Positions 1-13,175 of a DNA stretch of 64,000 nt are shown piece after piece. The translations under genes were made by a program, and so were the position numbers. Each line of letters opens with the position of its first letter. Position 1 is the first letter of the stretch. The stretch is from Felis catus (Eukaryota): positions 146,508,001 through 146,572,000 of the forward strand of contig NC_058368.1 in NCBI RefSeq assembly GCF_018350175.1, read 5' to 3'. The notes beneath the pieces were generated by a model. It saw only the letters and a list, made by a program, of their open reading frames with translations. It was not told the DNA's origin and made no database searches.

Positions 1-453
1 ACCTGAGCCTATGTTAGATCACATGGCAAAGGGGATGCAGATGAATTAAAGTTGTTAATCAGCTGACCTTTAAAGTAGCTAAATATCCTGGATTATCCGG
101 GCAGGCCCAGTGCATCACCAGGCTCTTAAATGGGAGTGACAGAGAAGAGAGGCAGAGAAAGAAATGTGATGAAGGAAGCAAGGTCAGAGTGATGTGCTGT
201 GAAACGGGGTCCTTCTGTCCTTGCTGGGTTTAAAGATGGAGGAAGGCGGTAGCTCTGGAACCTGGAAAAGGTAAGGAAATAAATTATCTGCTAGGGCCTC
301 CAGAGAAGAACACAGCTCTGCCAACACCATGATTTTAGTCCAGTGAAATCTGGGTCAGACAGCAGATCTCCAGAACTGTAAAAGAATGAATTTGTGTTGT
401 TTTAAGCCATTACGTTATGGTAATTTGTTACAGCAGCAGCAGGAAACTCAAAC
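1..453 (+). mobile_element. MaLR solo LTR, MLT1D-like, 5' part outside window
   Basis: MLT1 hallmarks ATCCTGGATTATCCGGG..GGCCCA, CCTCCAGA..GAACACAGC, CTCCAGAACTGT and terminal TTTAAGCCA..TGGTAATTTGTTACAGCAGC..GGAAACT. Confidence 0.8.
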
Positions 454-1309
454 AGCTGGTTCCGCACTATGGTGAAACTATCAGTCCTGGTTCCTGGTTC
501 ATTAGAAATCACTAACTTCCATGGCTGGGTATTATTGTCTGCCCAGGTTTTTTACATTTCTCTTGGTAACCAAAAGTAGAGCTCTCTTTCTTTGTGTATT
601 TTTATTTGCCTTCATTAGACCACTAAGTTTTGGCGTTCCTGCTAGTAGTTGTATTCTCAGGGAAGCAAGAAATGCCACCAGTTCCAGAGTGCACTGCTTT
701 CTTGGGATGTTAATAGTTGAGAGACAGTAAAAAAAAAAAAAAAAAAAGAAGCTTCCACTTCCAAATTCACTTCTAAAACCCAGGTTAAGCAAGCTTCTTT
801 TTTCTTTAAGCACTTTATAAAGATATGTTCTATGTATAAGGTTGTAAAAAATCTTAACTGTTTAAGAGAGTATCCAGCAAAAAGTATGCCTGTCCTTCAG
901 CCCAAGTTCCTTTCAGCCATTACTAGTTTCCTGTGAATTCTTCCAGAACTCTCCTGTATACATATAAACTCACATACACTAATTATCTACACATACTCTT
1001 CTGTACCTTTGTTTTTGTTTTCCTTGATGAATTAATTAACACATTTATTTATGGAAGAATTTCCATAGTTTTTAATGTATAATGTGCACATGCAACACTC
1101 AGAGCTCTTCATGGAGAAAAAAATAACATATTTTCCAAATATTTTGGACCACAAATGTCACTCTTTAAGAGTGTCTCATAGAACTACTTTTTGAGACACA
1201 CTGCTTAACACCAAGCTGCCTTCCTCTGGACTAGTAAGAATTAGTAAGTAAGAATTAGTGACCCCCATACACCAGTGTAGCATGACAGGTATGGATTTGG
1301 GAGGGATTT

Positions 1310-1560
1310 GGGGTTTAGAGTGACAGACTACTGTCCTGGCTCTGTTGTTGACTTTCCTGCTTGCTCCCTTTCATGCTAACTGGCTGTGTGGCTTTGGGCA
1401 GGTTGTTAAACTTTATTGAGACTTTCTTGTTAATGTGGTCTACCTCATTTATTCAGTCACTCGTTCATTAGTTAATACATGCAATTATTAGAACATTCAT
1501 GAGCTGGGTAAAATAAAGCAGTCTCTCCACCTGAGAAGCTTTCTAGTCTAGTGAGAGAGG
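1310..1560. mobile_element. Degraded MIR fragment (+) followed by L2 3' end (-)
   Basis: GCTGTGTGGCTTTGGGCAGGTTGTTAAAC MIR core, then CATTTATTCAGTCACTCGTTCATT resembling a reversed L2 tail. Confidence 0.45.
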
Positions 1561-2062
1561 TTTCATTGGTAGCACACAAGTCAGCAGTAAGCAGTGGCCT
1601 GTCTTAAAGTTAAGGTTGTGGAGAATCATTTTCTGCCAAGATTTCTGCTTTCTGGTTTTCTACTGTCATAGGCCTAGATCAACAGTAACAAATGTCACTT
1701 ACACCATTTCAAAACTTGCAAAGAATGCAGGAAGAAATGAGGTTTAATATATTGTCTTCAGGTATTGATTTTTTAAAGCATGTATTGACTCTGATATTAA
1801 TCACCTGATGAGTTACCAGGGTAACATTATTTATCTGAATAAAGTACAATAAGAGTAACAAAATCTTCTAATTGATTATGAAATTCCTGCATAAATTTTG
1901 GCATCCTTGTGGATTATGGACATATATGTTTTAATGTTTATCACTTTAAACATTGAATTATATACAACCACAGAATCTTTTTTTTCAAATCCATAATGTA
2001 TATGTTTTACAGGGAAATTTTAGAATTAACATTTTTTTCCAATGTATAAAGCACATAAGTGC

Positions 2063-2291
2063 ATTTTTTAAAATGTTTATTTATTTTGAGATAGAGCATG
2101 TGCACTCACACTTGCCTGTGAGCAGGGGAGGGGCAGAAAGAGAGGGAGAGAGCAAATCCCAAGCGGTCTCCCCACTCTCAGTGCAGAGCCTGACAGGGGT
2201 CTCAGTCTCACGAACCGTGAGATCATGACCTTAGCTGAAACCAAGATATCAAGAGACTGGTGTTTAACCAGCTGAGCCACCCAGGCACCCC
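2063..2291 (-). mobile_element. Can-SINE (older carnivore copy)
   Basis: Reverse complement of GGGGTGCCTGGGTGGCTCAG head at ~2272-2291; AG-rich body; TTTATTTATT tail. Confidence 0.92.
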
Positions 2292-2960
2292 TGGTACATT
2301 TTAGCATTAAGTGTCGTCACTCTTCATAATTCTCCTTTCTTTGTTTAAATCACAATTACTTATTTCAAAAGCATATTTCTAATTTCTTCTTGGTCTTAAT
2401 AACTTTGAACAGGAAATTCATGTTCTTTAGAAAAAGATAACTTTAGAAATTTAAGTGGAAATAACTAACACAGTTTCTTTAATTGCCATTTTGATTGCCA
2501 GAAAGTTTCTCTTCTTCATTTCTTCTCTTCTTTCATTTTCTCAGGCCAACAAAATGTTGTCTAGGCCTACTGAATTCCAGACAGCATTCAACACTTGTTT
2601 CACTGAATCCTGATGACTTCAGTCTGTTAATTTATTTAGGATATGCTTTTGGTTTTTATAAGGTCAACTAGAAATTTGAAGCTACTTTTCCCACTTATTT
2701 TAACATTAAATATTTTTTTAATACTGAAATTTAATTTGAAAACCACTATGGTAACTTTGGTGGTGTTGACTCTTTAAGCATACATCTAAAACTTGTCCAT
2801 TTAAAAAATGTCTCTGTAATTGAGTTTATTTCATAACGGGAACTCTGTTAAGGTCAGTATGATAGCTGCCTAGTAATTTAATAGTATCAAATGCTTAATA
2901 CTTTGATTTAGTGGGGGTTTTTTTGTGGTCATTTAATGAAAGTTTGATTTGTCACATCTT

Positions 2961-3187
2961 TTTTTTTTTTTTTAATTTTTTTTTCAAAGTTTATTTATTT
3001 TTGGGACAGAGAGAGACAGAGCATGAACGGGGGAGGGGCAGAGAGAGAGGGAGACACAGAATCGGAAACAGGCTCCAGGCTCTGAGCCATCAGCCCAGAG
3101 CCTGACGCGGGGCTCGAACTCCCGGACCGCGAGATCGTGACCTGGCTGAAGTCGGACGCTTAACCGACTGCGCCACCCAGGCGCCCC
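2961..3187 (-). mobile_element. Young felid Can-SINE (SINEC_Fc-like) with 15-bp TSD
   Basis: CpG-rich near-consensus body; TSD GATTTGTCACATCTT (2946-2960) / GATTTATCACATCTT (3188-3202). Confidence 0.96.
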
Positions 3188-3399
3188 GATTTATCACATC
3201 TTAAAAGACAAATCATTTGATATTTGGTTTCTATTATTAGCAAATCATATATCTCATTGCCAGTGCTCAGGTCTGATTCTCTCCCAATACATTGCCCCCA
3301 CCTCAGCTCTCCTCTTCACCCTTGTCCCACATCTGACTTTTACCCCAATCCCAGAGGAAGTCAGAGATGTGGTGGGTGGATGCCAGGGAAGTTGGTAGT

Positions 3400-3430
3400 A
3401 TACACACACACACATACACACACACACACA
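3400..3430. repeat. Interrupted (CA)n microsatellite
   Basis: Direct read. Confidence 0.9.
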
Positions 3431-4225
3431 ATGTGAGAGAAACAGCTACTTTAGAATGACCTGCTTTGGTGGCCAGGCAGGAACTGACCATTTTGCTAGA
3501 TTTTTGCTGTGACTGCTATGGTCCAAGAGTTTAAGACTTCCTTCTTTCCAAAAGAAAACATTGTCTGTTCTTTTCTGTAATAAATCTCAAGCATAGCGGC
3601 ATCGTTCCAAGCTATTTTTCTCAATTCCAGATAATTGATAGTGGGTGAAAATGTGAGTTTATAGATTCAGCAAAGTTGTACAGAAAGCCAGCTTTTGGGT
3701 AGCATGTGGAAATACCATAAGCTGTGGGCTCACAAAATAAACTTGGCCCTCATTGTGATAGCACTTCTCCCTGATTCTCCCCATATCTTTCACATCATTC
3801 CTTTGAATCTCTTTTAATCATTTCTGTCTGCCCCTGTAATTTTAATATTCTCTGGGTTTCTATACTAAACTGTTTTCTCTGGGAGACTCCTTCTGGGTGA
3901 TCTCTTCAGCTCATTTGCCTTTAGCGCCAGGAATACAGCATGAGTGCTGTCTTTCTACACATAGTCCAGTATTCTCCCCTGAGCTCTCCATCTATGTAAT
4001 AGTTTACCTGTTTACTATCTATCCCCATTCATATATCTTGCAGGCACTTAAGACTCACCTATTTAAGTTTAAAACCAAACCCTTACGCCCATACTAAACT
4101 TGCCCTCCTCTGTATCACCATCTTCATGGAAGCCAAACTTAGAAAACCTAGAAATCTGAGAGCATTGTCATGGAAGACCAAATAAGATCCAGAACTATTA
4201 TGTACTTATACAAATACACTGACAC

Positions 4226-4233
4226 CGCACGCA

Positions 4234-4276
<43 letters not shown>
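4226..4276. repeat. (CG/CA)-(CA)n microsatellite
   Basis: CGCACGCACGCG followed by a long CA run. Confidence 0.95.
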
Positions 4277-4278
<2 letters not shown>

Positions 4279-4289
4279 GTATTCACAGA

Positions 4290-5420
4290 GGAATATTGCA
4301 TAATTTTACATAGTTTTGAATTTTAAATATTAGAATCATATAATGTGTATTCTTTTGTGCCATGCTCTTTTGTTCAACACTGAGATTCATGCATGTGTAT
4401 AGCTGTATTGTAATCTGTCATGTGAAAATTCTAGGACTTATTTGCCCATTTTCATGTGGAAAGACATTTGGGTAGTTTTCAGTTTTTCACTATAACAAAC
4501 ATAGTGCATACAAACAATGCACTGGTGGACATCTGTGCATGTATCTTCTGACATAAATATGCAAGTGTTTCTCTAGAGTGTGTAGCATGGGAGTACAATT
4601 CCTGAGTATAGATATATATACCTCCATATACCTGGGCAGTTGTTTCCAAATTGTTGTGCAGAATGGCTTTGGTGTTTATACTCTAGCCAATAGTAATTTA
4701 TCTTGTTATATTCCGTGTCCTTCGTGATCTTTGCTGTTAGACATTTTCATTTTTGCATTTGTAAAATATTTCATGCTAGTTTTCATTTCCTTCAAGTTGA
4801 ACTTATTATTATCGTATGCTTTTTGGCCCCACTGTTCCCTCCTTTTGGAAGTTCCTCTGGTCTTTGGCATACATTTTTAAATTATGTTGGATTTTTTAAA
4901 TGTTTATAGGAGTTCTAGATAGTAATCCTCTATTAGTAGCATATGTTGCAATATCTCCTTTCAGTTTGTAACTTATCCTTTCATTTTCTCTAAGTGTGAA
5001 TAGAAGTACTTTTTTTCCCCACATTTTGTTAGATGTTTTATTTATTTTTGAGAGAGAGAGAGAGAGAAACAGAGACAGAGAGAGACAGAGTGTGAGTGGG
5101 GGAGGGGTAGAGACAGAAGGAAACACAGAGTCCATAGCAGGCTCCAGGCTCTGAGCTGTCAACCCAGAGCCTGATGTAGGGCTCAGACTCACAAACCACA
5201 AGATCACGACCTGAGCTGAAGTCACACGCTTATCCGACTGAGCCACCAGGCACCCCTACCAGTACTTACTTCTAATGCTTCCAATGTAATTGAACTTACC
5301 AGTCTTTATGGTTTCATTTTCTGCTTTAAAAAAAAAAAAACAAAACCAAAAATAAATATCTCTATCCTAAGATCCTAAAGACATTGTCCTAAATTTTATG
5401 TGTATTATGTGGGTAGAGAT
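4290..5420 (-). mobile_element. Old L1M (ME/MB-type) 3' region, antisense, interrupted by a SINE
   Basis: Antisense L1 phrases TGAGATTCATGCATGT, GACATTTGGGTAGTTTTCAGTTTT, ATATGTTGCAATATCTCC. Confidence 0.65.
5030..5256 (-). mobile_element. Can-SINE inserted in old L1
   Basis: GCAGGCTCCAGGCTCTGAGCTGTC body; head ends CCAGGCACCCC at 5256. Confidence 0.93.
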
Positions 5421-7104
5421 ACAGTTAAACTACATAAAAACTGACTTTTGATTTTTGATGTCAGAACCATTGTTTGTGTCATGGTCAAATAAGCATGATT
5501 TTTCAAGTGTCAAAGTGCCATCAATCATTGCACATTTTCCTGGATCTCTCACTTTGCTCAGATTGGCATCTTGACATGTTCAGAAATACTATTCTCAGAA
5601 TATGCTACAAAATGCACATAATTCACTCCAAGCAATACTAATGTTTCTCATTTGAATAAGAAACGGTTGATACTCCATCCAAGGTAATACCAATATGAAA
5701 CTTAGCTGAGAAAATGTCCTTACAAAAGGAGCCAATAGCTGGAATAACATTTTAAAAGATGTTGGTCATTAAACTCCCAGAAAGTTAAAAGAGAAGCCAA
5801 TCTTCATTCTAAAATTTTAGAGAAACTTTCCCAGGATGAGATACATCTTTTGACAATTCTAACTTTTGATCTACATTATTCGCTGTTAATTAGATGGTGG
5901 TAGTGCAGTTCTGATTTGGGTTGTAGTTCCTGTGTGTGTTATGTGCATGTGTGTGCTGTAATATAGTGTGGAATCAAACTAATAAAACAGAACTTTCTGC
6001 AATTATATTACTGAGAACATAACTCATCTTTTAGTAAAGCTGTCATCATCTAGTTTCACTTACTCCCTTAATTTGAAAAAGTCCTCTTCTTCAGCATTGA
6101 AATCTACAAAGGTGGTTTCTTATTATCATTAGCCATTCTTCTTTAATTCACAAGTCGTACAATAAATATTTATTACTTATAAAAAATGATCAAACTTTTC
6201 TTTTGGCTATGGGAAGAATTCTAAATTTACCCTGTTGACTTACGACAGATATGAAAGCTATAGAACAATGATTTCAATTCATTCAACAACTTGTATTGAA
6301 CATGTGTTATGCCCTGGACACTAAGGCCAAAAGAGTCAAAATATAATTTGTTAGCTTCTCGTGACTTTAGAAGGAGATGGGAATCATAAATGGACCACTA
6401 GGAATCTATTCCCTTCAGATTTGTCACTTCACAGTGGTCCTTTTGTATTATGACAGTTTTTAAAAGCTGAATTGATTGATCTTTGTGTTCTGGTTGTAAA
6501 CTACAAACAAAATTAGAGACTTTTCAAAGTCTGAAAAAATTTAAGTTGAAAAAAATTCAGTTTTCTATCTTGCCAGGAGGAGAAAAAGCAACTCTAAGAC
6601 ATTTAGGGCCAGTAATAATTATACTTTTGTTCTTTACTGTAACAGTTTCTCCTTCTATAGAGTATATTTTTAGCTATTTAATTTTATGTCACAATAATTG
6701 TGTCCATATTTACTGTTAATTTTAACATTAAAGTTCCCAGAGGGAGGTCTTGTCATCTTCATAATGCATCAATGCCTAGCACCTTGGCATTCCTGTGAGC
6801 ATAATGTTGTCTGAACTTGGCTTGCTCAGGATAAGACAGAACACATCCCAGGTTTAGTGGCAGCCAACCACGGTTGATTGTATGCAGTCAGGAGGCAAAA
6901 GAGGACCCTGTGGCAGATTAATTTTTAGTTCTCTGTGCAAGAAAAAACAAAAACAAACAAAAAAAACGAAGACAAAAAACAGTGGGTGCGGGATTTCTGA
7001 AATACTCATAATCTAAACATACTCAATGTTTGGGGATATTTCAGTGGTTATTCTTTTAAATTAAAGATGTTATTAGCAGCAGCTTTTTGTTCATGCAGCA
7101 TTAG

Positions 7105-7337
7105 CAGCTAATAATAATAGTTTCCAAATTTTTTGTGGAAATTTAAAAGCATTTTCATATACAGCACTTCATTTCATCTTCAGACCACCTCCGAGGCAGA
7201 TGTCACCTCATATTTACAGGTGAGAAAACAGAATCCAGTTAGGTTAAATGACTTGTCTGAAGTCACATCGCTAATAAGAAATGCTCCTAGATCCAAATCT
7301 GTTTCCTGACCTCAAGTCCCATTCTTTCATCTATACC
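7105..7337 (-). mobile_element. MIR SINE
   Basis: TTTACAGGTGAGAAAACAGAA..AGGTTAAATGACTTGTCTGAAGTCACA reversed MIR core. Confidence 0.8.
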
Positions 7338-8218
7338 GATCTGCTATGACTCCTCCTCTGCCTTCGAGGTTGGAAATGTGGTGGCATTACTGAGTTTTAC
7401 TGTGTTGACTCATCTTAGTCATTACTGCCCCAGAAGCCACTCTGATTGTCAATGTTAATTTTTCAATATCATAATTTATTTAGGTTCATAAAGAACCACT
7501 GACAACATTTATACAGGGGTCCTTCTGATTGAGCTCTGTTACCTACCAGCTTACCTTTTTATAAATCTGTTTAACAGTCAGTGATCATCATTCTTTTTAT
7601 CCTAGGTCTCAGAGAGAATATTTACATAAATACAGAGGTCATTCCATTGATGTGGGAACTCCAGTACCGACACTGAATAAAATCTAGTTACTAAATAAAG
7701 ATATATAGATTCAGTAAATGAGTGTGGACCAACAGCATTTCAGCACTGCTAAAATGTGAAGTCACTATTATAGACACACTAACAGTCAAAAGACCACTAA
7801 AAGAAATTCATGTAAGCAGAACCTTCTGATGTTAAGAGATTAAAATGCATGTTAATAGGTAGATTTTAAAGGAGTCTAAGGAATTGTAAATTGTGATGGG
7901 ATTACTGAAGAAATGGCTTGAGAACCTTCGTATCTTGGCATAAAAAGACAACATAGAAGATATTTTATTTCTTGACCTTAATTTTGAGTACTGTTGTAGG
8001 CCCTTGATTTTTTGTTAGTTCAGAATAGAGACGGATTAATTCTAAAAGCAGTTAAAGTAATTAGATTCTCTTCATCTCTCTTTTTTTTATGTTAGCGCAG
8101 CATAGGGAAGTAAGTCTCTAAACCAATTCTGAAATAGAATTTAACTTTTTATTTCGCTTATATATCTCTTATTTTTCTTTTTCTCTAAATGGCATTTTTT
8201 AGACTAAAATTATCTTGA

Positions 8219-8347
<129 letters not shown>

Positions 8348-8880
8348 CTGTCTCAAAAGGTACTTTGATGTTCACTAGACTATGTTTTCTATTCATTTCT
8401 TTAAACTAAGAAAGCAAGATTTCAACTCAGCAGCAGCTATTACTGTACCCTACAATTTAATTACATACACACTGAATCGAAACCATTGTGCAAAATGGAT
8501 TATGCATGTATATGAAGATATGATTTGATGACAGTGGTACATTATTCTAAACTATTCATTCCCATGCCTATAATTACATAAAATCTCAGACTTTGTATTG
8601 CAAAGGACACATTTATCATATTCAGTTCACACATATTATATGTGGTAGCTGTCTAACATCCTGTCTAGGAAGATTTTGGAAAAAGGACAAAGAAAATGTC
8701 TACAGTTCTTTTTTGAATAGTCATGTTCTGAACAATGATGCTTGAACATTTTAATTTGTGAAATGATGTATAAAATTTATTTTTAGTTCATACACAAGCA
8801 ACCTCAAAATCTGATGATAAAATTTTTGATACATTGAGGATTTATGTTCCTAATAAAATATGTTATTTAGCTTACCTTTT
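8348..8880 (+). other. XRCC4: XRCC4 3' UTR (approximate end)
   Basis: Non-repetitive AT-rich sequence between the stop codon and the first canonical AATAAA. Confidence 0.7.
8852..8857 (+). terminator. Probable XRCC4 polyadenylation signal AATAAA
   Basis: First AATAAA I see after the stop codon, with T-rich sequence downstream. Confidence 0.7.
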
Positions 8881-8961
8881 TCCTTTATTATAGTAGCAGG
8901 CTTTATAAGGTGCTTATTGGTATAAATGTAACCCCTTTTTGTATCAAAAACATGTTTTTTC

Positions 8962-9600
8962 GGGAACCTTCTTGCACTGTTGGTGCGAATGCAAACTGGT
9001 GCAGCCTCTCTGGAAAACAGTGTGGAGGTTCCTCAAAAAATTAAAAATAGATCTACCCTATGACCCAGCAGTAGCACTGCTAGGAATTTACCCAAGGGAC
9101 ACAGGAGTGCTAATGCATAGGGGCACTTGCACCCCAGTGTTTATAGCAGCACTTTCAACAGTAGCCAAATTATGGAAAGAGCCTAAATGTCCATCAACTG
9201 ATGAATGGATAAAGAAATTGTGGTTTATATACACAATGGAATACTACTTGGCAATGAGAAAGAATGAAATATGGCCTTTTTGTAGCAATGTGGGTAGAAC
9301 TGGAGAGTATTATGCTAAGTGAAATAAGCCATACAGAGAAAGAAAGATACTATATGTTTTCATTATTATGTGGATCCTGAGAAACTTAACAGAAGACCAT
9401 GGGGGAAGGAAAGGGGGGAAAAAAGTTAGGGAGGGAGGAAAACCATAAGAGACTCTTAAAAACTGAGAACAAACTGAGGGTTGATGGGGGGTGGGGGAGA
9501 GGGGAAAGTGGGTGATAGGCATTGAGGAGGGCACCTATTGGGATGAGCACTGGGTGTTGTATGGAAACCAATTTGACAATAAATTTCATATTTAAAAAAA
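8962..9600 (+). mobile_element. 5'-truncated felid L1 (end of ORF2 plus 3' UTR)
   Basis: ORF 8939-9322 gives L1 ORF2 C-terminal peptide ([33 protein letters not shown]); G-rich 3' UTR; near-TSD AAAAACATGTTTTTTC / AAAAACATGTTCTTTTC. Confidence 0.95.
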
Positions 9601-9759
9601 CATGTTCTTTTCAGAGATTGTTGATAAAAGACTTCTTACACATTAAGGACCCTCTTTAAAAATAATGACCATGTCATATTTACTTATCAACCCTCAATAA
9701 CATCTAGCACAATTTTTTAAAAACATAGTTACTGTTTCTACCTCCTACCCTCTCATTCT

Positions 9760-11372
9760 GTCTTCACTTCTCTCCAGTTGAGCATCCCTTTTCTCCATGG
9801 TTTCAAAGTTAACAGCGACCATCATGTTGATAAATTCAACAGTTGGTCCGTTCTCAGTCCTCCTCTTACTAAGCCTCTCAGCTACACACCTGACATAGTC
9901 AGTCACTTCTCAGTAAACATTTTCTTCACTTGACTTTTGCATTGACATATGTTGTTTGTTTTCTCTTTCTTTTTGTACACGGAGGCTCTTTGGCCCAGAG
10001 TTAAGTGTTTTAGTGCCTCAGGTTTATTCTTCAGCCTTTTTCTTTTCACTACCTACCTTGTCTATCTAGTATTTCTGTGATTTTAAGTACCATTTGCATG
10101 CTAATATCTCCAAAATTAGAATAGTTCTGTTTCCACAGTCATATATGTGTAGAGTCAGTTGACCTTTGAACAGTGCTGGGGTTGGGGCACTGGTGCCCTG
10201 TGTAGTCAAAAAATCTTCGTATAATTTTTGACTCTTCAAGAACTTAACGAGTAAGAGACTACTATTGACTAGAATACATAGTCAATACATATTTTGTATT
10301 TATATGTATTATATATTGTATTCTCACAATAAAGTAAGCTAGTGAAAAGAAAATGTTACTAAGAAATCATAGGGAAGAGACAATACATTTATAGTACTGT
10401 ATGATAAAAAATGTGTGTATAAGTGGACCTGCATGGTTCACACCCCTGTTGTTCAAGGGTCAGCTGTATAATTTATCATTAATTTTTTGCAAAAGGAGGT
10501 TCTTAAAAATCTGAGTACATCTACCTGCGTTGGATGATTATTTGGATGTTTAAGCACATCTAAAGCAGAGGTCTGATTACATCCCAATCATCTTTTTTCT
10601 CCATTCTTCCCCACCCAACAAATTACGGTGACACCTGGTCCCTTCAAGCTGAAAACCCAGGAATCCTGATCAGTACCTTTGTTTCCCTCTTCTCCCACAT
10701 CCTGTTATTTTTACCTCCAAAATATAGCTTGATTCTATCTACTTCTCTCTTACTGTCTACTACATCTGCCCCCTGACTGGTCTCCCTGCCAATCTCCTAT
10801 TGTACAATGCACACAAACTGAATTTTTTAAGTTTTAGGAAAGAGCATTTCCCTGCCTGGATTGAAACCCTCCAATAGTAAGCCACTGGTCTTTGGATAAA
10901 GTTCACACTCCGTACCACAGCTTGCAAGATTTGATATGATCTGGCCCCTTCCTATCTCTACCCTTGGTTTCCTGCTCTTTTCTCTTTGCTTGCCTTGCTC
11001 CTTACTGCCCCTCAAGGAGGTCAGATCTCACAACCATGGTATTGGTCAGAATGCCCATCTTCATATGGTTGGTTTCTTCTCATCTTTCAGGTCTAGAATC
11101 ATATGTCACCTCCTCAGAGGTACTTTCCCTGAAATGCCCTTTCTAAAGATGTGCACACTCCCAGTCACTGTCCCATTGGAATATTTTTTCACTGTGCATA
11201 TCACCACACGGAATTATTTTTTTCATCTCTCTCTCTCTGTCTGCCTGTCTCCTAATAGAAAGTTAGCCCCATCATAGCAGAGGCATGGCCATCTGTTTTA
11301 TCTATCTTCCAGTTCGTACAACAGGGCTAGATTCACAAAGGCTTACTAAGCATTTGTTGAATGAATAAATGC
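9760..11372 (+). mobile_element. Degraded L2 LINE, interrupted by a DNA transposon
   Basis: L2 phrases TCTCAGTCCTCCTCTTACT..CCTCTCAGC, CTGACTGGTCTCCCTGCC, TGTCACCTCCTCAGAG and 3' tail TTTGTTGAATGAATAAATG. Confidence 0.75.
10156..10466. mobile_element. Tigger2a/MER8-like non-autonomous TcMar DNA transposon
   Basis: TIRs CAGTTGACCTTTGAACA ... TGTTCAAGGGTCAGCTG, TA on the right flank. Confidence 0.85.
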
Positions 11373-11746
11373 ATGTCTTCCACAAAACAGCCACTCAAAT
11401 GTTTCTTTAAGTTATTAAACTGTTTTGAAAGAAACTTAGGAAAGGGTTGAAACTTAGTTGATTTGACACAGAGAAATAATTGTTTAGAAAGCTTCAAGTA
11501 CCTTTTGTGCTTAATTATAAATAATATATACATATATATTTATGCGTGTAGGCTTGACTACAGAGAGAGAATCAGAAAGAAATTACACTTTATTGTTTAT
11601 ATCAGAACAAGATTCTATTCAGTCAATGGAACAACAAAATTCTTTAAAAAGAAATTTACCACATTTTTATTTCCATAGTGGCATCCATTTAAGAAGGAAG
11701 ACTTTAAAATAAATGTAGATACAAATATGTGAAATATGAAAATATA

Positions 11747-11995
11747 GGGGTGCCTGAGAGGCTCAGTCACTTGAGCAGCCAACTCTTGATTTCAGCTCAG
11801 GTCTCGACCCCAGGGTTGTGGGATCAAGCCCCACATCGGGCTTTATGCTCAGCGTAGAACCTGCTTAAGATTCATATTCTCTCTCTCTCTCCCACTCCCT
11901 GCCTCCCTCCCTCCTTCCCCCTCTTCCCTTCAGCCTCTCTCCCCCACTCATGCTCTCTCTCTCTAAAATTCAATAAATAAATACACACATACATA
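11747..11995 (+). mobile_element. Older Can-SINE
   Basis: GGGGTGCCTG..GGCTCAG head, CTTGATTTCAGCTCAGG, CT-rich stretch, AATAAATAAA tail. Confidence 0.9.
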
Positions 11996-13054
11996 CAATA
12001 AACATAATTATAAAGTCTAAAATTCTGCTCAGTTACATAGAAACTTCACTATTCTATGAATCTCAGATAATCTAAGATTTGCCTTGGACCTTTCCAAGGG
12101 AATTTTGTACATAAAGTACTAGAATCTCAAAATAATGTTATCTCTTCTGAATAATCAAAATTAATATACAACTATTGTGTGTGTGTATACTTACATATAA
12201 AGTTTTTTTTTTAAGTGAAAGAGAAGAAGAAAAACAGAATTTTGGCTATTAACCCACTAGTGGTGAGAGAGGGATGATGTACAGAAAATGTTTCCTAAGT
12301 AATCGTAACAACAGAATCTATAAAGCTCATATTTACAAGATTTTGATTATATTTTTCCAGAGCAGTGTATCTTTTCCACCATTGTTTTGTGTCAGATTGA
12401 TTCAGCTGGTTAGAACAAAGCATAAGTAGTACATAGTTATGGTTCCCTCTTTTATATCGAGCATGGAGAATTTGAAGGGCTATTTTTACATTTTGTGCTC
12501 CGCGTAGACAGATATCTATAGATTTGGTGTTAAGATGTGCAGCTCTAGTCATTCTATGCCATGATATTTCCTCACATTTTTCCATTGTTTATATTCAAAA
12601 ACAGATCGTTACAGAAAAACACTGAAATTGAAGGCACAAGAACTAAGTTATAATGCAGCATGAATTTTGTTTGGTTTTTTACTTTTTTGACCTTTGTTAT
12701 AAAACAAGGTGACATTTTTTTTTTCAGCTTAAAATTTATAATTCTTGGCCCTGGGATCAGATGGTATGACTTAGGCCTCATTAGGGAAGTTCATGGAAGA
12801 AAAAGTCCCATCTCAGGAAGAGATGTCTTTATTATGTAGTTTTAAAAGGTCAGGAAACTACTTTAGACAAGTTTTTCTTAATGGCATATAACTCAAATTT
12901 ATAAAATACTAGACCCTGTGTTTTGGAGCCAAACAGCTGTTTATTGGGTAAATTTGACTCAATAAATGTTTATAAAGGATCCGTTATGCACAAAAAAAAA
13001 AAAAACAAAAAAAAACAAAAAACAGAACTAGGCCATGTGGAGAATTTACGGATA

Positions 13055-13175
13055 ATTCCATCCATTCACCAAATATCTGTTAAGCATTTGTGTCAGTCTC
13101 TGTTTTGGGCACTAGATGCAGCAGTGAATAATATGTGTGGTTTGTTGCTGTGGAGCTTATATTCTAGTAAGTGAA
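13055..13175 (-). mobile_element. L2 3' end fragment
   Basis: TCCATCCATTCACCAAATATCTGTTAAGCA..GGGCACTAGATGCAGCAGTGAA. Confidence 0.6.

Noticed and set aside
8939..9322. 127-aa ORF right after XRCC4
   Set aside because: It is the C-terminal end of L1 ORF2 in a truncated insertion, not a host gene.
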